Part shown: piece after piece, positions 20,372-30,199 of the stretch | Position numbering within the stretch: position 1 is the first letter of the stretch | Layout: each line of letters begins with the position of its first letter | NCBI GenBank assembly: GCA_020060565.1 | Contig: JAGVAE010000003.1 | Span: 20,072 to 84,071 of the forward strand | DNA: 64,000 bases | Direction: 5' to 3' | Source of the DNA: Candidatus Woesebacteria bacterium | Lineage (GTDB): Bacteria > Patescibacteriota > Microgenomatia > UBA8517 | The notes under the pieces: model-generated | What the model saw: the letters and a program-made list of their open reading frames with translations, nothing else | The model's database searches: none | What the model was told of the DNA's origin: nothing | Made by a program: the position numbers and the translations under genes

Positions 20372-21291
20372 CTTTCGCTTTTTCTAAAGTCCTTTATATC
20401 TTCGGGGCCGAATTTACCATCATTTTGAGATCCTGTACTTTTAACAATACCGATACACCTGGATAGTAAGGGGCAGTCTTTATGAAGGTTCTTGTTGCAG
20501 TATTTATTACCAATATGCCAAATAGTTTCTTGCAAGTATCTGGGATCAATCTTCCTTTCTTCACAAATTTTACTTAATTGAGGTACTAGTGTATTTACAC
20601 CTACTGCTTTTAAATTTCGCCTTTCCGTTAGAGAAAGAATGGCAGTTTGAAGGGCAATTCTTATAACCTGAAAATCTTGTGGAAAGCCAGACTTTTCAAT
20701 ATCATGAAATTTCCATAATCCGTGTTTATGAATCCACTGAATAGCAAGCTGAGCTAATTTAAAGTCATACCCCAAAAATGTTTTTGCCTCGATTTTTTTC
20801 TGGGTTTTTGCCTGATGATACAGATGTATTCTTTTTATAGATTCGTTGGCACTGTTATTACAGTCTATAAATAAGTTGATAATATTGTTTCCATATCTTC
20901 TGTTAAGGAGTTCTAGGTTGTACTTCCATTTTTTAACCCCATCAACAGCATATCCTGGAGGTCTAAAAAAGAGTGAACAGGATGACTTTACTTGTTGTTC
21001 TGGAGTTTGTGAAACAATATTGCCCATAAATAGCCAAGCATTTTCTTCTAAATCTTGGTTTATTAACCAATCAAAGGAGTCTTTTGTGCGTCCACCTCTT
21101 ATAAACATTGTGGTAAAAAATAGAGCCGTTGCAGCAAAGCCGTCAACATTGTGCAACGCTTCATAGTTCTTAAGTCGTTGAACAAACGGCTCTTCAGGAA
21201 AAGTGAGAGCATTTTTCTCTCTGTGAGATAGAGCAAGATCTATAACTTGATTGGTTCTATTTCTATTTATATTTAAAGCCTCGGCTGACAT
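20368..21291 (-). CDS. HhH-GPD superfamily-like protein with C-terminal Cys/His metal loop
   Basis: GYDFKLAQL (HhH-like), FPQDFQVIRIA (PVDxHVxR-like), IWHIGNKYC-x4-H-x2-CPL-x3-C. Confidence 0.6.
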   Translation of the reverse strand: MSAEALNINRNRTNQVIDLALSHREKNALTFPEEPFVQRLKNYEALHNVDGFAATALFFTTMFIRGGRTKDSFDWLINQDLEENAWLFMGNIVSQTPEQQVKSSCSLFFRPPGYAVDGVKKWKYNLELLNRRYGNNIINLFIDCNNSANESIKRIHLYHQAKTQKKIEAKTFLGYDFKLAQLAIQWIHKHGLWKFHDIEKSGFPQDFQVIRIALQTAILSLTERRNLKAVGVNTLVPQLSKICEERKIDPRYLQETIWHIGNKYCNKNLHKDCPLLSRCIGIVKSTGSQNDGKFGPEDIKDFRKSES

Positions 21292-21357
21292 GTGGAGAAT
21301 ATAACATCAATCCTAGATTTGTAAAAGATGTATATCAATCTATAACCTTCTGAGCTC

Positions 21358-21386
21358 TTGACAAGCGTGAAAATATAATTTATATT
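21358..21386 (+). promoter_or_regulatory. Sigma70-type promoter for rpmA-parB
   Basis: TTGACA-17 nt-TATATT, 9 nt before ATG 21396. Confidence 0.7.
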
Positions 21387-21395
21387 GTCTCCAAG

Positions 21396-21650
21396 ATGTC
21401 TACACACAAAGCAGCGGGTGGAAAAGCCTCACAACATGTAAGTCCAGCAGGAAAACGCCTTGAAGTTAAGGTTTCTGGAGGGGAAAAAGTCAAAACTGGA
21501 TCTATCTTGGTTAGACAAAGGGGAACAACTTTTCATAAAGGTAAAAACGTAAGAGCAGGACGAGATCATACATTGTATTCAATGGTTGACGGACTTGTGA
21601 AGTTTGGAACAAAACTTGGCAAAAAGGTAATTTCCGTAGTCAGTGCGTAA
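21396..21650 (+). CDS. rpmA: 50S ribosomal protein L27
   Basis: [28 protein letters not shown]. Confidence 0.96.
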   Translation: MSTHKAAGGKASQHVSPAGKRLEVKVSGGEKVKTGSILVRQRGTTFHKGKNVRAGRDHTLYSMVDGLVKFGTKLGKKVISVVSA

Positions 21651-21661
21651 TTAGAAAATAT

Positions 21662-22510
21662 ATGGCAGAAGAAATAATTCAAATAGAAGTAAATCAGCTC
21701 CAACCCAATCCACTTCAGCCCCGTGGTGCCATAACCCCAGAAAGCTTAGTAGATTTAGTTGATTCAATAAGAGAGCATGGAATACTTGAGCCCCTAGTGG
21801 TTGCCAAAACCCCAGCAGGATTTCAAATAATTGCAGGAGAGCGAAGATGGAGAGCATCAAAACTTGCAGGTTTAACACATGTTCCCGTAATAGTACGTGA
21901 GACTTCTCCAAAAGGAATGCTTGAGATGGCCCTAGTTGAGAATGTCCAAAGAGTTGATCTTAATGCACTTGATAGGGCTAAAGGTTTTGAGCGCCTCATG
22001 AACGAGTTTGGTTTAACAACTAGTGAGATTGCGGTAAGAATTGGAAAATCAGTAGCTTATGTAAGTAACTCCTTAAGACTTCTTTCTCTTCCAGATGCAC
22101 TTAAGGACGGACTTCTCTCAGGACTCATCACTGAAGGTCATGCAAGAGCCCTTGCAGCCATTGACGACCCGTCTTTAATGATTGAGGCATATAAGATAGT
22201 GTTAAGAGAATCAGGCTCAGTCAGAAGGGCGGAGGAGTTAGCAAGACGAATGAAAGTAAAATCCCAACAGGAGGCAAAAAGAGGAGACCAACCCCATATT
22301 AGAGTAATCTCTGAGGAAATAGATAAAATGCAGGAAGATATGCAAAAAGCATTTATCCCACAAGATTCAGAGAGTAATGGAGTAAGCAAGAAAGTAAATG
22401 TAAAACTCATTAGATCTCAAAGAGAAACTAGACTTGTTTTTATTTTTAAAGGTGGTTTGGAAGAAACAGAAGATAAACTTCAAAGGGTATACAAGTCCGT
22501 TACTTCTTAA
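21662..22510 (+). CDS. parB: ParB/Spo0J partitioning protein
   Basis: PNPLQPR, GILEPL, IIAGERRWRA, ALVENVQR, SNSLRLL, GHARAL. Confidence 0.93.
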   Translation: MAEEIIQIEVNQLQPNPLQPRGAITPESLVDLVDSIREHGILEPLVVAKTPAGFQIIAGERRWRASKLAGLTHVPVIVRETSPKGMLEMALVENVQRVDLNALDRAKGFERLMNEFGLTTSEIAVRIGKSVAYVSNSLRLLSLPDALKDGLLSGLITEGHARALAAIDDPSLMIEAYKIVLRESGSVRRAEELARRMKVKSQQEAKRGDQPHIRVISEEIDKMQEDMQKAFIPQDSESNGVSKKVNVKLIRSQRETRLVFIFKGGLEETEDKLQRVYKSVTS

Positions 22511-22521
22511 ATAAAATATTT

Positions 22522-23115
22522 TTAATTGCCGAAGCTATAGACTGGATTTTGTGTGGCTCCAATTTTAGTAACTGGCCAATAAACTAACCAGGCCCGACCA
22601 TTGATTCCCTCACGCTCGCCATTGGGTGAAAGATTAAGTGAAACAGGTCCCCAATACCTGGAATCTGAGGAATGTTCACGGTTATCTCCCATTACAATAT
22701 AAAGTTTGTCAGGTATTTTATACTCTGTATCCTCAGTTAAAAAAGATCCTCCATATGTTGTTACACTGTTTGCAATGTATGGTTCATTTAAAAGTTTACC
22801 ATCAATATATACACGTCCGTTAAGTATTTTTACAGTTTCGCCAGGCATACCAACAATTCTTTTGATAAACTCGTCGCTTTCAGAAACTCTTTTAGGTGGC
22901 CGCAAAACAACAACATCCCCTCTTTGGGGTTTATTAAGATAGTATGTGACCTTTTCAGTTAGTAAATATTCAGAATCTTGGTAATTAGGCATCATGCTTT
23001 CACCTTCAATTTTGTGGGGACGCATGATAAGAAGATAGACAAAGAAAAAAATTCCAATTGCAAAAACAATTACTTCAGAAACATCAAGAAAGAACGCCCC
23101 AAGACGTTTGAACAT
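22522..23115 (-). CDS. lepB: Signal peptidase I
   Basis: TM then GESMMP, FIKRIVGMPGE, MGDNREHSSDSR. Confidence 0.93.
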   Translation of the reverse strand: MFKRLGAFFLDVSEVIVFAIGIFFFVYLLIMRPHKIEGESMMPNYQDSEYLLTEKVTYYLNKPQRGDVVVLRPPKRVSESDEFIKRIVGMPGETVKILNGRVYIDGKLLNEPYIANSVTTYGGSFLTEDTEYKIPDKLYIVMGDNREHSSDSRYWGPVSLNLSPNGEREGINGRAWLVYWPVTKIGATQNPVYSFGN

Positions 23116-23154
23116 ACATTCATTATATTGAGGGAAGAGAGATGATTACAATAG

Positions 23155-24213
23155 TTACTTAACAATAACATTATGAGCTCCACTTTCACTGCGGCCCATA
23201 TTGGTTACTTGAATAAATCTTGCTTTGTTCCAGAACTTTTCAATATTCCTAGCTCCTGAATAGCTTAAACCAGACCTTATATTTGCAACCATTCCCTCTA
23301 AAACATCAGCCAAAGGCCCTTTGCAAGGAACTAAGCTCTCAACACCTTCAATTTGTTTAGTGTAATTATTGCCATGCTTTTCACCTTGATTTTTAATGTG
23401 TTTGGTTTTTTCTGCTAGTGAAGTGGAAGCATTATATTTTTTAAAGCAGTCACCATTAATTTCAATTTTTTCACCAGGTGCTTCGTCAGTGCCTGCAAAC
23501 TGGCTTCCAATGACAACAGCGGATGCACCAGCAGCCAAACCTTTAACAACATCACCTGAATTACTTGTCCCTCCATCACAAAGTATTGTTCGTTTCCATC
23601 TTCTTGCGGCTTTGGAGGCATTCATAACAGCTGTAATCTGTGGAACACCTGATGCTGCAACTATTCTTGTAATGCAAATTGTTCCAGGTCCAACACCAAC
23701 ACGTACCGAATCAGCACCTCTTTTAAATAAATCATCAGCACCATCTTCAGTTCCAACAACACCAGAAATAATATCAACCGTTTCTCCAAACATTCTTTTT
23801 AATTCAGATGTTGCTTCAAGAGCTTGAAGCATGTGTGCATGGGCTACATCAAGAGTTAATATATCTACCCCCGCATGAACTAGTTTCTCAGCTCTTTTTA
23901 AAAAACCTTCACGGCAGCCAACGGCAGCTGCAGCAACAACACCAGCCTTTTTAACAGCAGCAACCATATTTGCTTGTTCCTCGTCTGATGCAAACCTAGG
24001 CAAAAATCCCAAACCTCCAAGTTTTCCAAGAGTAACGGCCATTTCAACTCCTGTAACATCAGTCATGTTGATGCTTATGAGAGGAAGTTCTAGTTTTACC
24101 CTGGGTGTTATTTGTGCGGAAAGATCAACATCATTTCTGCTTTTTATTTCAGAATACTGAGGGACTAAAAGAACATCATCGTAAGAAAGACCGAGAGGAA
24201 TTATCTGATTCAT
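23155..24213 (-). CDS. IMP dehydrogenase/GMP reductase family protein without CBS domains
   Basis: LSYDDVLLVP, MTDVT, DVAHAH, GVGPGTICITR, GVPQITA, DGG, EGV. Confidence 0.88.
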   Translation of the reverse strand: MNQIIPLGLSYDDVLLVPQYSEIKSRNDVDLSAQITPRVKLELPLISINMTDVTGVEMAVTLGKLGGLGFLPRFASDEEQANMVAAVKKAGVVAAAAVGCREGFLKRAEKLVHAGVDILTLDVAHAHMLQALEATSELKRMFGETVDIISGVVGTEDGADDLFKRGADSVRVGVGPGTICITRIVAASGVPQITAVMNASKAARRWKRTILCDGGTSNSGDVVKGLAAGASAVVIGSQFAGTDEAPGEKIEINGDCFKKYNASTSLAEKTKHIKNQGEKHGNNYTKQIEGVESLVPCKGPLADVLEGMVANIRSGLSYSGARNIEKFWNKARFIQVTNMGRSESGAHNVIVK

Positions 24214-24291
24214 ATCGTGTAATGATATGAATCATTACGTTTAACTTTAGTAAATAAATTTTTCCCTGTCAACATGGTAAAATACAAATAA

Positions 24292-24365
24292 GGTTGCGTA
24301 GCTCAGCTGGTTAGAGCGTACGATTCACATTCGTAAGGTCCCTGGTTCGAGCCCAGGCGCGACCA
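24292..24365 (+). tRNA. tRNA-Val(CAC), CCA not encoded
   Basis: Cloverleaf: GGTTGCG/CGCGACC acceptor, TACGA-TTCACAT-TCGTA anticodon arm, CCTGG-TTCGAGC-CCAGG T arm. Confidence 0.95.
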
Positions 24366-24370
24366 CAAAA

Positions 24371-25036
24371 ATGAAAAACAAACTAATATTTTTTGGGATT
24401 CTAATAGCTTTAATAAGTATAGTTCCTCTAACTATTTTACCAAATATAAATCTCTCATATGCCTTAAAGTTTCCTGTAGGGGTTGCGAGTTTAGCCATCA
24501 GGTTTTTAGGTCTTACTGCCTTTGTTTTAATGTTTTGGCAAGTTATGTTGGCTTCTAATATGGAGAAATGGATAAATAAACTGGGGGGATGGGTTTTTAA
24601 TTTTCATATTATAAACGGTATTATTATTTATTCACTGATATTTTTACATCTTTTAGCTCTTGTTCTTTTTAGGTATTTCTTAGGAATTGGGATGGATCCA
24701 ATTTTTGTTTTCCTGGGATTTTGTTTTTATTGTCAAACAAAATTGGATTTCTACTACACATTAGGAAGAATTGCTTTTTGGCTATTAACAGTAGGAGTAT
24801 TGGCTGGATTTTTTAGATCATTAAATCCATTTATGAAAGCAAACTGGAGAAAATTCCATGTACTTAATTATGTAACATTTTTAATTGTTGGAATCCATGG
24901 ATATTTATTAGGAACTGACTATCTGACACAGCCATTTTTCTACTTTTCCATAATCGCCTATCTATTGGTTCTATATACAATCATTCGCAAACTTCCCAAC
25001 CTTTTTAATACTTACAAAAAGTGGATAAATAGTTAA
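24371..25036 (+). CDS. Ferric reductase-like transmembrane (heme b) protein
   Basis: About six TM helices with His pairs FHIING..LH and WRKFH..IHG. Confidence 0.75.
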   Translation: MKNKLIFFGILIALISIVPLTILPNINLSYALKFPVGVASLAIRFLGLTAFVLMFWQVMLASNMEKWINKLGGWVFNFHIINGIIIYSLIFLHLLALVLFRYFLGIGMDPIFVFLGFCFYCQTKLDFYYTLGRIAFWLLTVGVLAGFFRSLNPFMKANWRKFHVLNYVTFLIVGIHGYLLGTDYLTQPFFYFSIIAYLLVLYTIIRKLPNLFNTYKKWINS

Positions 25037-25037
25037 A

Positions 25038-27352
25038 TTATTTATGGAATTTAATCCAAAATCTCCATAAGTTAAACCAGAATTTGGGAAAACGTGGATA
25101 TTTATATTCTCTTATCTCACGTAGTGGATTTTTATTGATATTTTTGGAGTTAAACTCAATAATTTTGGGTTCTTGTGTAAGACCTCTAATTTTGTACTCA
25201 TTATATTCAAATTTTCCGTTTGCTAAAAACTGACCTATTATAAAAGTAGTAGTACTTGAAGTGGGGTTGATTTGTAATTGATAATCACCACTTATAGGAT
25301 CCATGATAGCAATCATTCCATTTTCGGAATTAATTACATGATTATTTTTGTCTGTTAGAGAAAAACTTCCAGGATAACCAACTAGAATCAAAGCAGATTT
25401 AGGTTCCTTGTAGGGAGGATCATTAATTCCAGGGGAGCCAAAAAATTTTAGAATTTTGTCTATTCCTTCATCTGAAGCAATTATTCCTGCATGAGACTGA
25501 TTTATTACTTCATTAGAAAAAGCACCTGGAATCTGTGCGCTTTCAACTAGCACAGTTCCATCACCGCTGTCGGAATATTCTTTTCCTACAGGTCTACCAT
25601 CTGGCCATCTAAAGTCACGAACAACGTTGATTGTTTTTAAAGTTGGGTTATTTGTTCCAGCCAAAGTGCCTACTTTTACATTCCAAAATGGAGTTACAAA
25701 ATTAGAAGGTAAATAATTATTCTTGGTCTTCATATCAGACACTGACTTAAGTTGCTTAGTTTTGTTATCTCTTAAATAATCATAAGTGGGAAGCATGTTT
25801 TGAGGGAATTGGGTGTGCCACAGTGATTAAGAAGTAATGTGGTTGCAATTTTTTGTACTAAATCATTTGTCCAGACCTCATGATTAACTATGGCTGGATA
25901 AACAAGGGTAGAGCCTTGATTTGGTGTTCCTACAGCAAGAAACTTTAAGGTCTTACCTCCATTTTGGCTTTCTATATAATTCCTTCCAATAAGCCCTCCC
26001 ATACTATGTCCAACAAGATTTATCTTTTCATCACCCAACACACTTGAATTTATTAGATCGTTTAATATTGAAGAATTGTCCCTAATATCTTTTCGCCAAT
26101 CATAATAAAAAGGAATAGGAGTCCAACCTTGTGTTGGTAAGATTGACAAAAGGGGATTATAAATGTCCTTTGCGTATGGAGCCAAAGTCCAACCACCACT
26201 ATACCCAGTATTTTTACAATTAATTAAAGCATCAACATTCCAACTAGCCCCAAGTCCTGGAATTACTACAACTTTAGTGACAGATGGAGGAGCAATGTCA
26301 TCATTAGTAATAACACAACTAATATTTTGTCCAGGCAAAAGTGTAACTGACTCTCCTAAACCACTTGGACAACCATCTCCTTCAATAGAAATAAAACTGT
26401 AACCATCAACTGAATTTTCATTAATAGTAATTGGTTCATTGGCTTTGATTTTTGTTTCAATTCCAGAAGTTACAAGATTGCCTCCCACACTTATACCAAA
26501 ATCGTTTGGTTCTAAAGTCCCGCCATTATCATTGATGACATTTTTTGTAAGAGTAATGGTTGGGACAATATCATCATTTATAATTGTGCAAACCTTAGTA
26601 TCGCCATCTGTAATAGTTTCAGAACAATCACCTTCAGTAGTTGTTGTATATCCTTCAGAAACTTCCTCGGTAACGGAATATGAACCAGCATCAAGATTTA
26701 CAATGGTTCCCGATTCCGAAGCTGTAAATGTTGGAGTTGAAACATTTGTTCCAGTAACGTTAATAGTAAAATCTTCAGCCTTAGCCCTTCCCCCATCATC
26801 ATTTATCACACGCTTAATAACTGTAAGCTCTGGTCTATTTATAGGAGCTTCGTATAAGACACCATCGTAAGAACAAATAACATTTTGAGTTTCTCCTGGA
26901 GGGTAAGCCGTAACCTTACTAAAGTTCGAAATATTTCCACTTAGATCGATACGGTAAATACCCCGTGGTATTGAATAAGTGGGAGGACTGTTTGGATAGT
27001 AAAAGAAAACAATGGCTGTATTTCCATCCCAGCCTACTACACCATTACCGACAAGACTCCAATTAAAATACGACCATCCTCCATTGTAGTCTGTGTACAA
27101 TGTGTTAAAACCTGTACTGTCCCAAGAACCACCAGGAGCTTGCCAATTGGTTATAGTCACACCTGAAACATAGAGGTTAATATTTGCTGGGTCGCCACCA
27201 TTGGTTTGTACTAAAACATCTGCGTGGTTCTGAGAAAAAGCTGCCTGATAGGTACAACTTGAGGCATATATTTTGTTTGTCGAGAAGAGAAACATGAACA
27301 GGAAAGTTACAACACTTAATATTCTAAGAAGAATTTTAGATACACCTCTCAT
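25038..27352 (-). pseudogene. Frameshifted secreted alpha/beta hydrolase (lipase/PGAP1-like) with two SpaA-like Ig repeats
   Basis: Signal peptide; two K-x-VINDxGG..C..NDD repeats; PGLGAS, YDWR, GHSMGG, GTPNQG in the upstream ORF; LPTYDYL, GDGTV, H in the downstream ORF; one extra A in the A4 run near 25798-25801 joins them as SLKNMLPTY. Confidence 0.75.
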
Positions 27353-27438
27353 GATATTCATTCATTGTAAAACACACTCTTGTATACATGTCAAGTTTCG
27401 CAACTAAATAATATAACTAAGTATGCTAAAATTCATTT

Positions 27439-28203
27439 ATGAAAACGAAAATTACTACTGAACTAACCGAGAATAAATTGCTATATGAAAAATATCACAA
27501 TAGAAGAATGCTTCAGAAACGTATCTTAACTAAAAAAAACTTTACGTACAGATATTTGATCAATGTACTGGAAAACAGATTGAAAAATGTTAGAAATGTT
27601 TTAGATATTGGTTGTGGTACGGGTGCCATTGATTTTTATTTAGCTAATAATGGAATTTCGGTAGTTGGAATAGATATATCAACAAAAGCTGTTAGAAACG
27701 CAAGGTTAAATGCTAAAAACTTTGGATTAGCTTTAAAGACAAAATTTAATATCAATCACTTTCCTCACGATAAAATAGAAGGTAAATATGACCTTGTTAT
27801 TTGTTCGGAAGTTTTAGAGCATTTAGTTGATGATTCCAAAGCTGTCAATAAAATATTTGAATTGCTTAAGTCTGGTGGTTTAGCAGTTTTGTCTTCGCCG
27901 TCTATAAATTCGCCAATATATAAATTAGGTCTAGCTCGAAACCACGATAAGGAAGTTGGACATCTGCGACGGTATAATAATGATAACTTACTATTACTTC
28001 TAAGGAAAGCTGGTTTTAAAATAGTTGATAGCAGAAAAGTGCAGGGGTTATTACGAGAAGCTTTGTTTATATTTCCACTTGGAGAATTAATTATTAAGAT
28101 GGCAAATCGTTTTAGTTTCGTTTCAGATTTTCTTAGTATTATAGATGAGTTATTACTTGTATTTGGAGAATCAGATATTATTGTGACCGCTAAAAAAGTA
28201 TGA
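27439..28203 (+). CDS. Class I SAM-dependent methyltransferase
   Basis: VLDIGCGTG, GIDIS, YDLVICSEVLEHL, GHLRRY. Confidence 0.88.
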   Translation: MKTKITTELTENKLLYEKYHNRRMLQKRILTKKNFTYRYLINVLENRLKNVRNVLDIGCGTGAIDFYLANNGISVVGIDISTKAVRNARLNAKNFGLALKTKFNINHFPHDKIEGKYDLVICSEVLEHLVDDSKAVNKIFELLKSGGLAVLSSPSINSPIYKLGLARNHDKEVGHLRRYNNDNLLLLLRKAGFKIVDSRKVQGLLREALFIFPLGELIIKMANRFSFVSDFLSIIDELLLVFGESDIIVTAKKV

Positions 28204-29285
28204 AAATAGGATTTGATGGAAGATATGCTGAGGGTGATCTTGTTGGTGTGGGGAAATATATAAAAAATATTTTGCTTGAGTTAGACAAATTGGGGATTGA
28301 GTGTGTAATTTTTTATTCCAGCCCTCCAAAAATTAAAATAGAGGGAGAAAATATTAAATCTGTTGTTTTGGGATTTAAAAATCGCTATATCTTTGAGCAA
28401 ATATTACTACCCCTAGCTTTAAAACGCGAAAAAGTTGATATGTATCATGCACTGGGTAATATTGGAGTCCCCTTATTTTGCCCCATTCCTGCAATAGTTA
28501 CAATTCATGATATTATTCCCCTGGAAATAAAAGATTATTTTTCATATTCCCCTTTACCTTTTCTTTCAAGGTTCTCATATACTACCAGGCTAATTTCTTC
28601 TTTGAAAAACGCTAATAAAATCATTGCAGTTTCAAATTATGTAAAGACTCAAGTTATTCAAAAGCTTAAAATAAATAAGGAAAAAATAAAAGTAATTTAT
28701 TCAGGAGCTCCAGAAGTTGTACAGCCAGGAAATCTCCCAAAAGATCTTGTGGGCAAAAAATATATTTTAAATCATGGAGGAATGGATATTAGAAAAAACC
28801 TAGATAGACTAATTGAAGCCTTTGCATCTACCCATGCCAAATATCCCCAGCTTAACCTTGTAATTACTGGAGAAAATAAAAGAATAAAGGCAGATCTTGC
28901 CAAACTAATTTCAAAATTAAAACTAGACGACTCAGTAATTTTTACAGGCTATGTAGATGATATGACACTAAGCGCTATTATAAAAAATGCAATTATGGAA
29001 TGTTATCCAACTCTTTCAGAAGGATTTGGTTTTCCAATTCTTGAAAGTTTTGCCTTGGGAATTCCCGTTATTTCCTCCAACACCTCTGCTATTCCAGAAG
29101 CTTCAGGAAGGGGAGCCATCTTAATTGATCCACATAGTGTTACTCAAATCTCAGAAGCTATGGAAAAGGTACTAACTGATACGGAATTAAGAAATAATAT
29201 GGTCATCCAAGGTAAGAGCCAGTACAATAGGTTTAATTGGGAAAAAACAGCAAATGAATATCTCAGTTTGTATAACAGTATTTAA
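28200..29285 (+). CDS. Glycosyltransferase family 4 (GT-B)
   Basis: GVGKY, VTIHD, RKNL, EGFGFPILES. Confidence 0.9.
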   Translation: MKIGFDGRYAEGDLVGVGKYIKNILLELDKLGIECVIFYSSPPKIKIEGENIKSVVLGFKNRYIFEQILLPLALKREKVDMYHALGNIGVPLFCPIPAIVTIHDIIPLEIKDYFSYSPLPFLSRFSYTTRLISSLKNANKIIAVSNYVKTQVIQKLKINKEKIKVIYSGAPEVVQPGNLPKDLVGKKYILNHGGMDIRKNLDRLIEAFASTHAKYPQLNLVITGENKRIKADLAKLISKLKLDDSVIFTGYVDDMTLSAIIKNAIMECYPTLSEGFGFPILESFALGIPVISSNTSAIPEASGRGAILIDPHSVTQISEAMEKVLTDTELRNNMVIQGKSQYNRFNWEKTANEYLSLYNSI

Positions 29286-30192
29286 CGAAGAAAAGTCTAT
29301 TGCAGGCCTTCTTGATTCACTCCTTACTCAAACAAGAAAACCTGATGAGATCGTAATTGTTGATGGTGGATCAACTGATAAAACAGTTGAAATAATTAAC
29401 CATTATCAAAAACGCTTTGGAAAAATCAAACTTCTGAAAGAACACTGCACAAGAGCAAAAGGTAGAAACATAAGTATAGAAGTAGCTAAAAATGAAATAA
29501 TTGCAATCACGGATGCAGGTTGTATTGTCCATAAAGACTGGCTGGAAGAGATAACAAACCCATTTGTACACAAAGAGGTGGATATTGCAGCAGGTTTTTA
29601 CACAATGACAGGCAAAACCTCAATGAGTCGTGCTATGGGAGTATTTTTAGGGGTTACTCCAAACAAATTTGGAATGAATTTTCTTCCTTCCACAAGATCC
29701 ATGGCGTTTAGAAAGGAAGCCTGGGAAGAAGTTGGGGGATTCCCAGAAGGCAAAGGTAACTCAGCAGAAGATACAGACTTTAACTTTCACGCTGTTAAAA
29801 TTGGCCTCAAATACGCACGCGTGAAAACAGCTATAGTAGAGTGGGGGATGCCCCACACCTTAAAAGACTTTATTTTTAAAATTTCAGAGTATGCAAAATG
29901 GGACGTACGGTATGGAATTTGGTGGCATCCAACTCAACGTCTTGCGTCGCACAATATCAAGGCACTCTCTATATTTCTTAGGTATCTAGTAGGGCTTTGT
30001 TTACTAATTTTTTCATTTTGGTATCCCCTTCTACTCTACTTACTTGTAATACTTTTATTACTTTATTTGCTTTGGTCTTATCGAAAAGTTTTTCTAGCAT
30101 TCGGGGAGTATAAAGTTGCCATTTGGGGTCCAGTTCTCCAAATCGCCTCCGATTTTGCAGTTATACGCGGCTTTGCTTCAGGACTGCTATAA
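29254..30192 (+). CDS. Glycosyltransferase family 2 with C-terminal TM segments
   Basis: ISVCITVFNEE, VDGGSTD, GRN, TDA, VGGF, EDTDF. Confidence 0.9.
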   Translation: MNISVCITVFNEEKSIAGLLDSLLTQTRKPDEIVIVDGGSTDKTVEIINHYQKRFGKIKLLKEHCTRAKGRNISIEVAKNEIIAITDAGCIVHKDWLEEITNPFVHKEVDIAAGFYTMTGKTSMSRAMGVFLGVTPNKFGMNFLPSTRSMAFRKEAWEEVGGFPEGKGNSAEDTDFNFHAVKIGLKYARVKTAIVEWGMPHTLKDFIFKISEYAKWDVRYGIWWHPTQRLASHNIKALSIFLRYLVGLCLLIFSFWYPLLLYLLVILLLLYLLWSYRKVFLAFGEYKVAIWGPVLQIASDFAVIRGFASGLL

Positions 30193-30199
30193 TCGGATA

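Noticed and set aside
21662-22510. parB as a plasmid or mobile-element marker
   Set aside because: Chromosomal Spo0J-like and linked to rpmA; no adjacent parA, and no TGTTTCACGTGAAACA-like parS spotted by eye.
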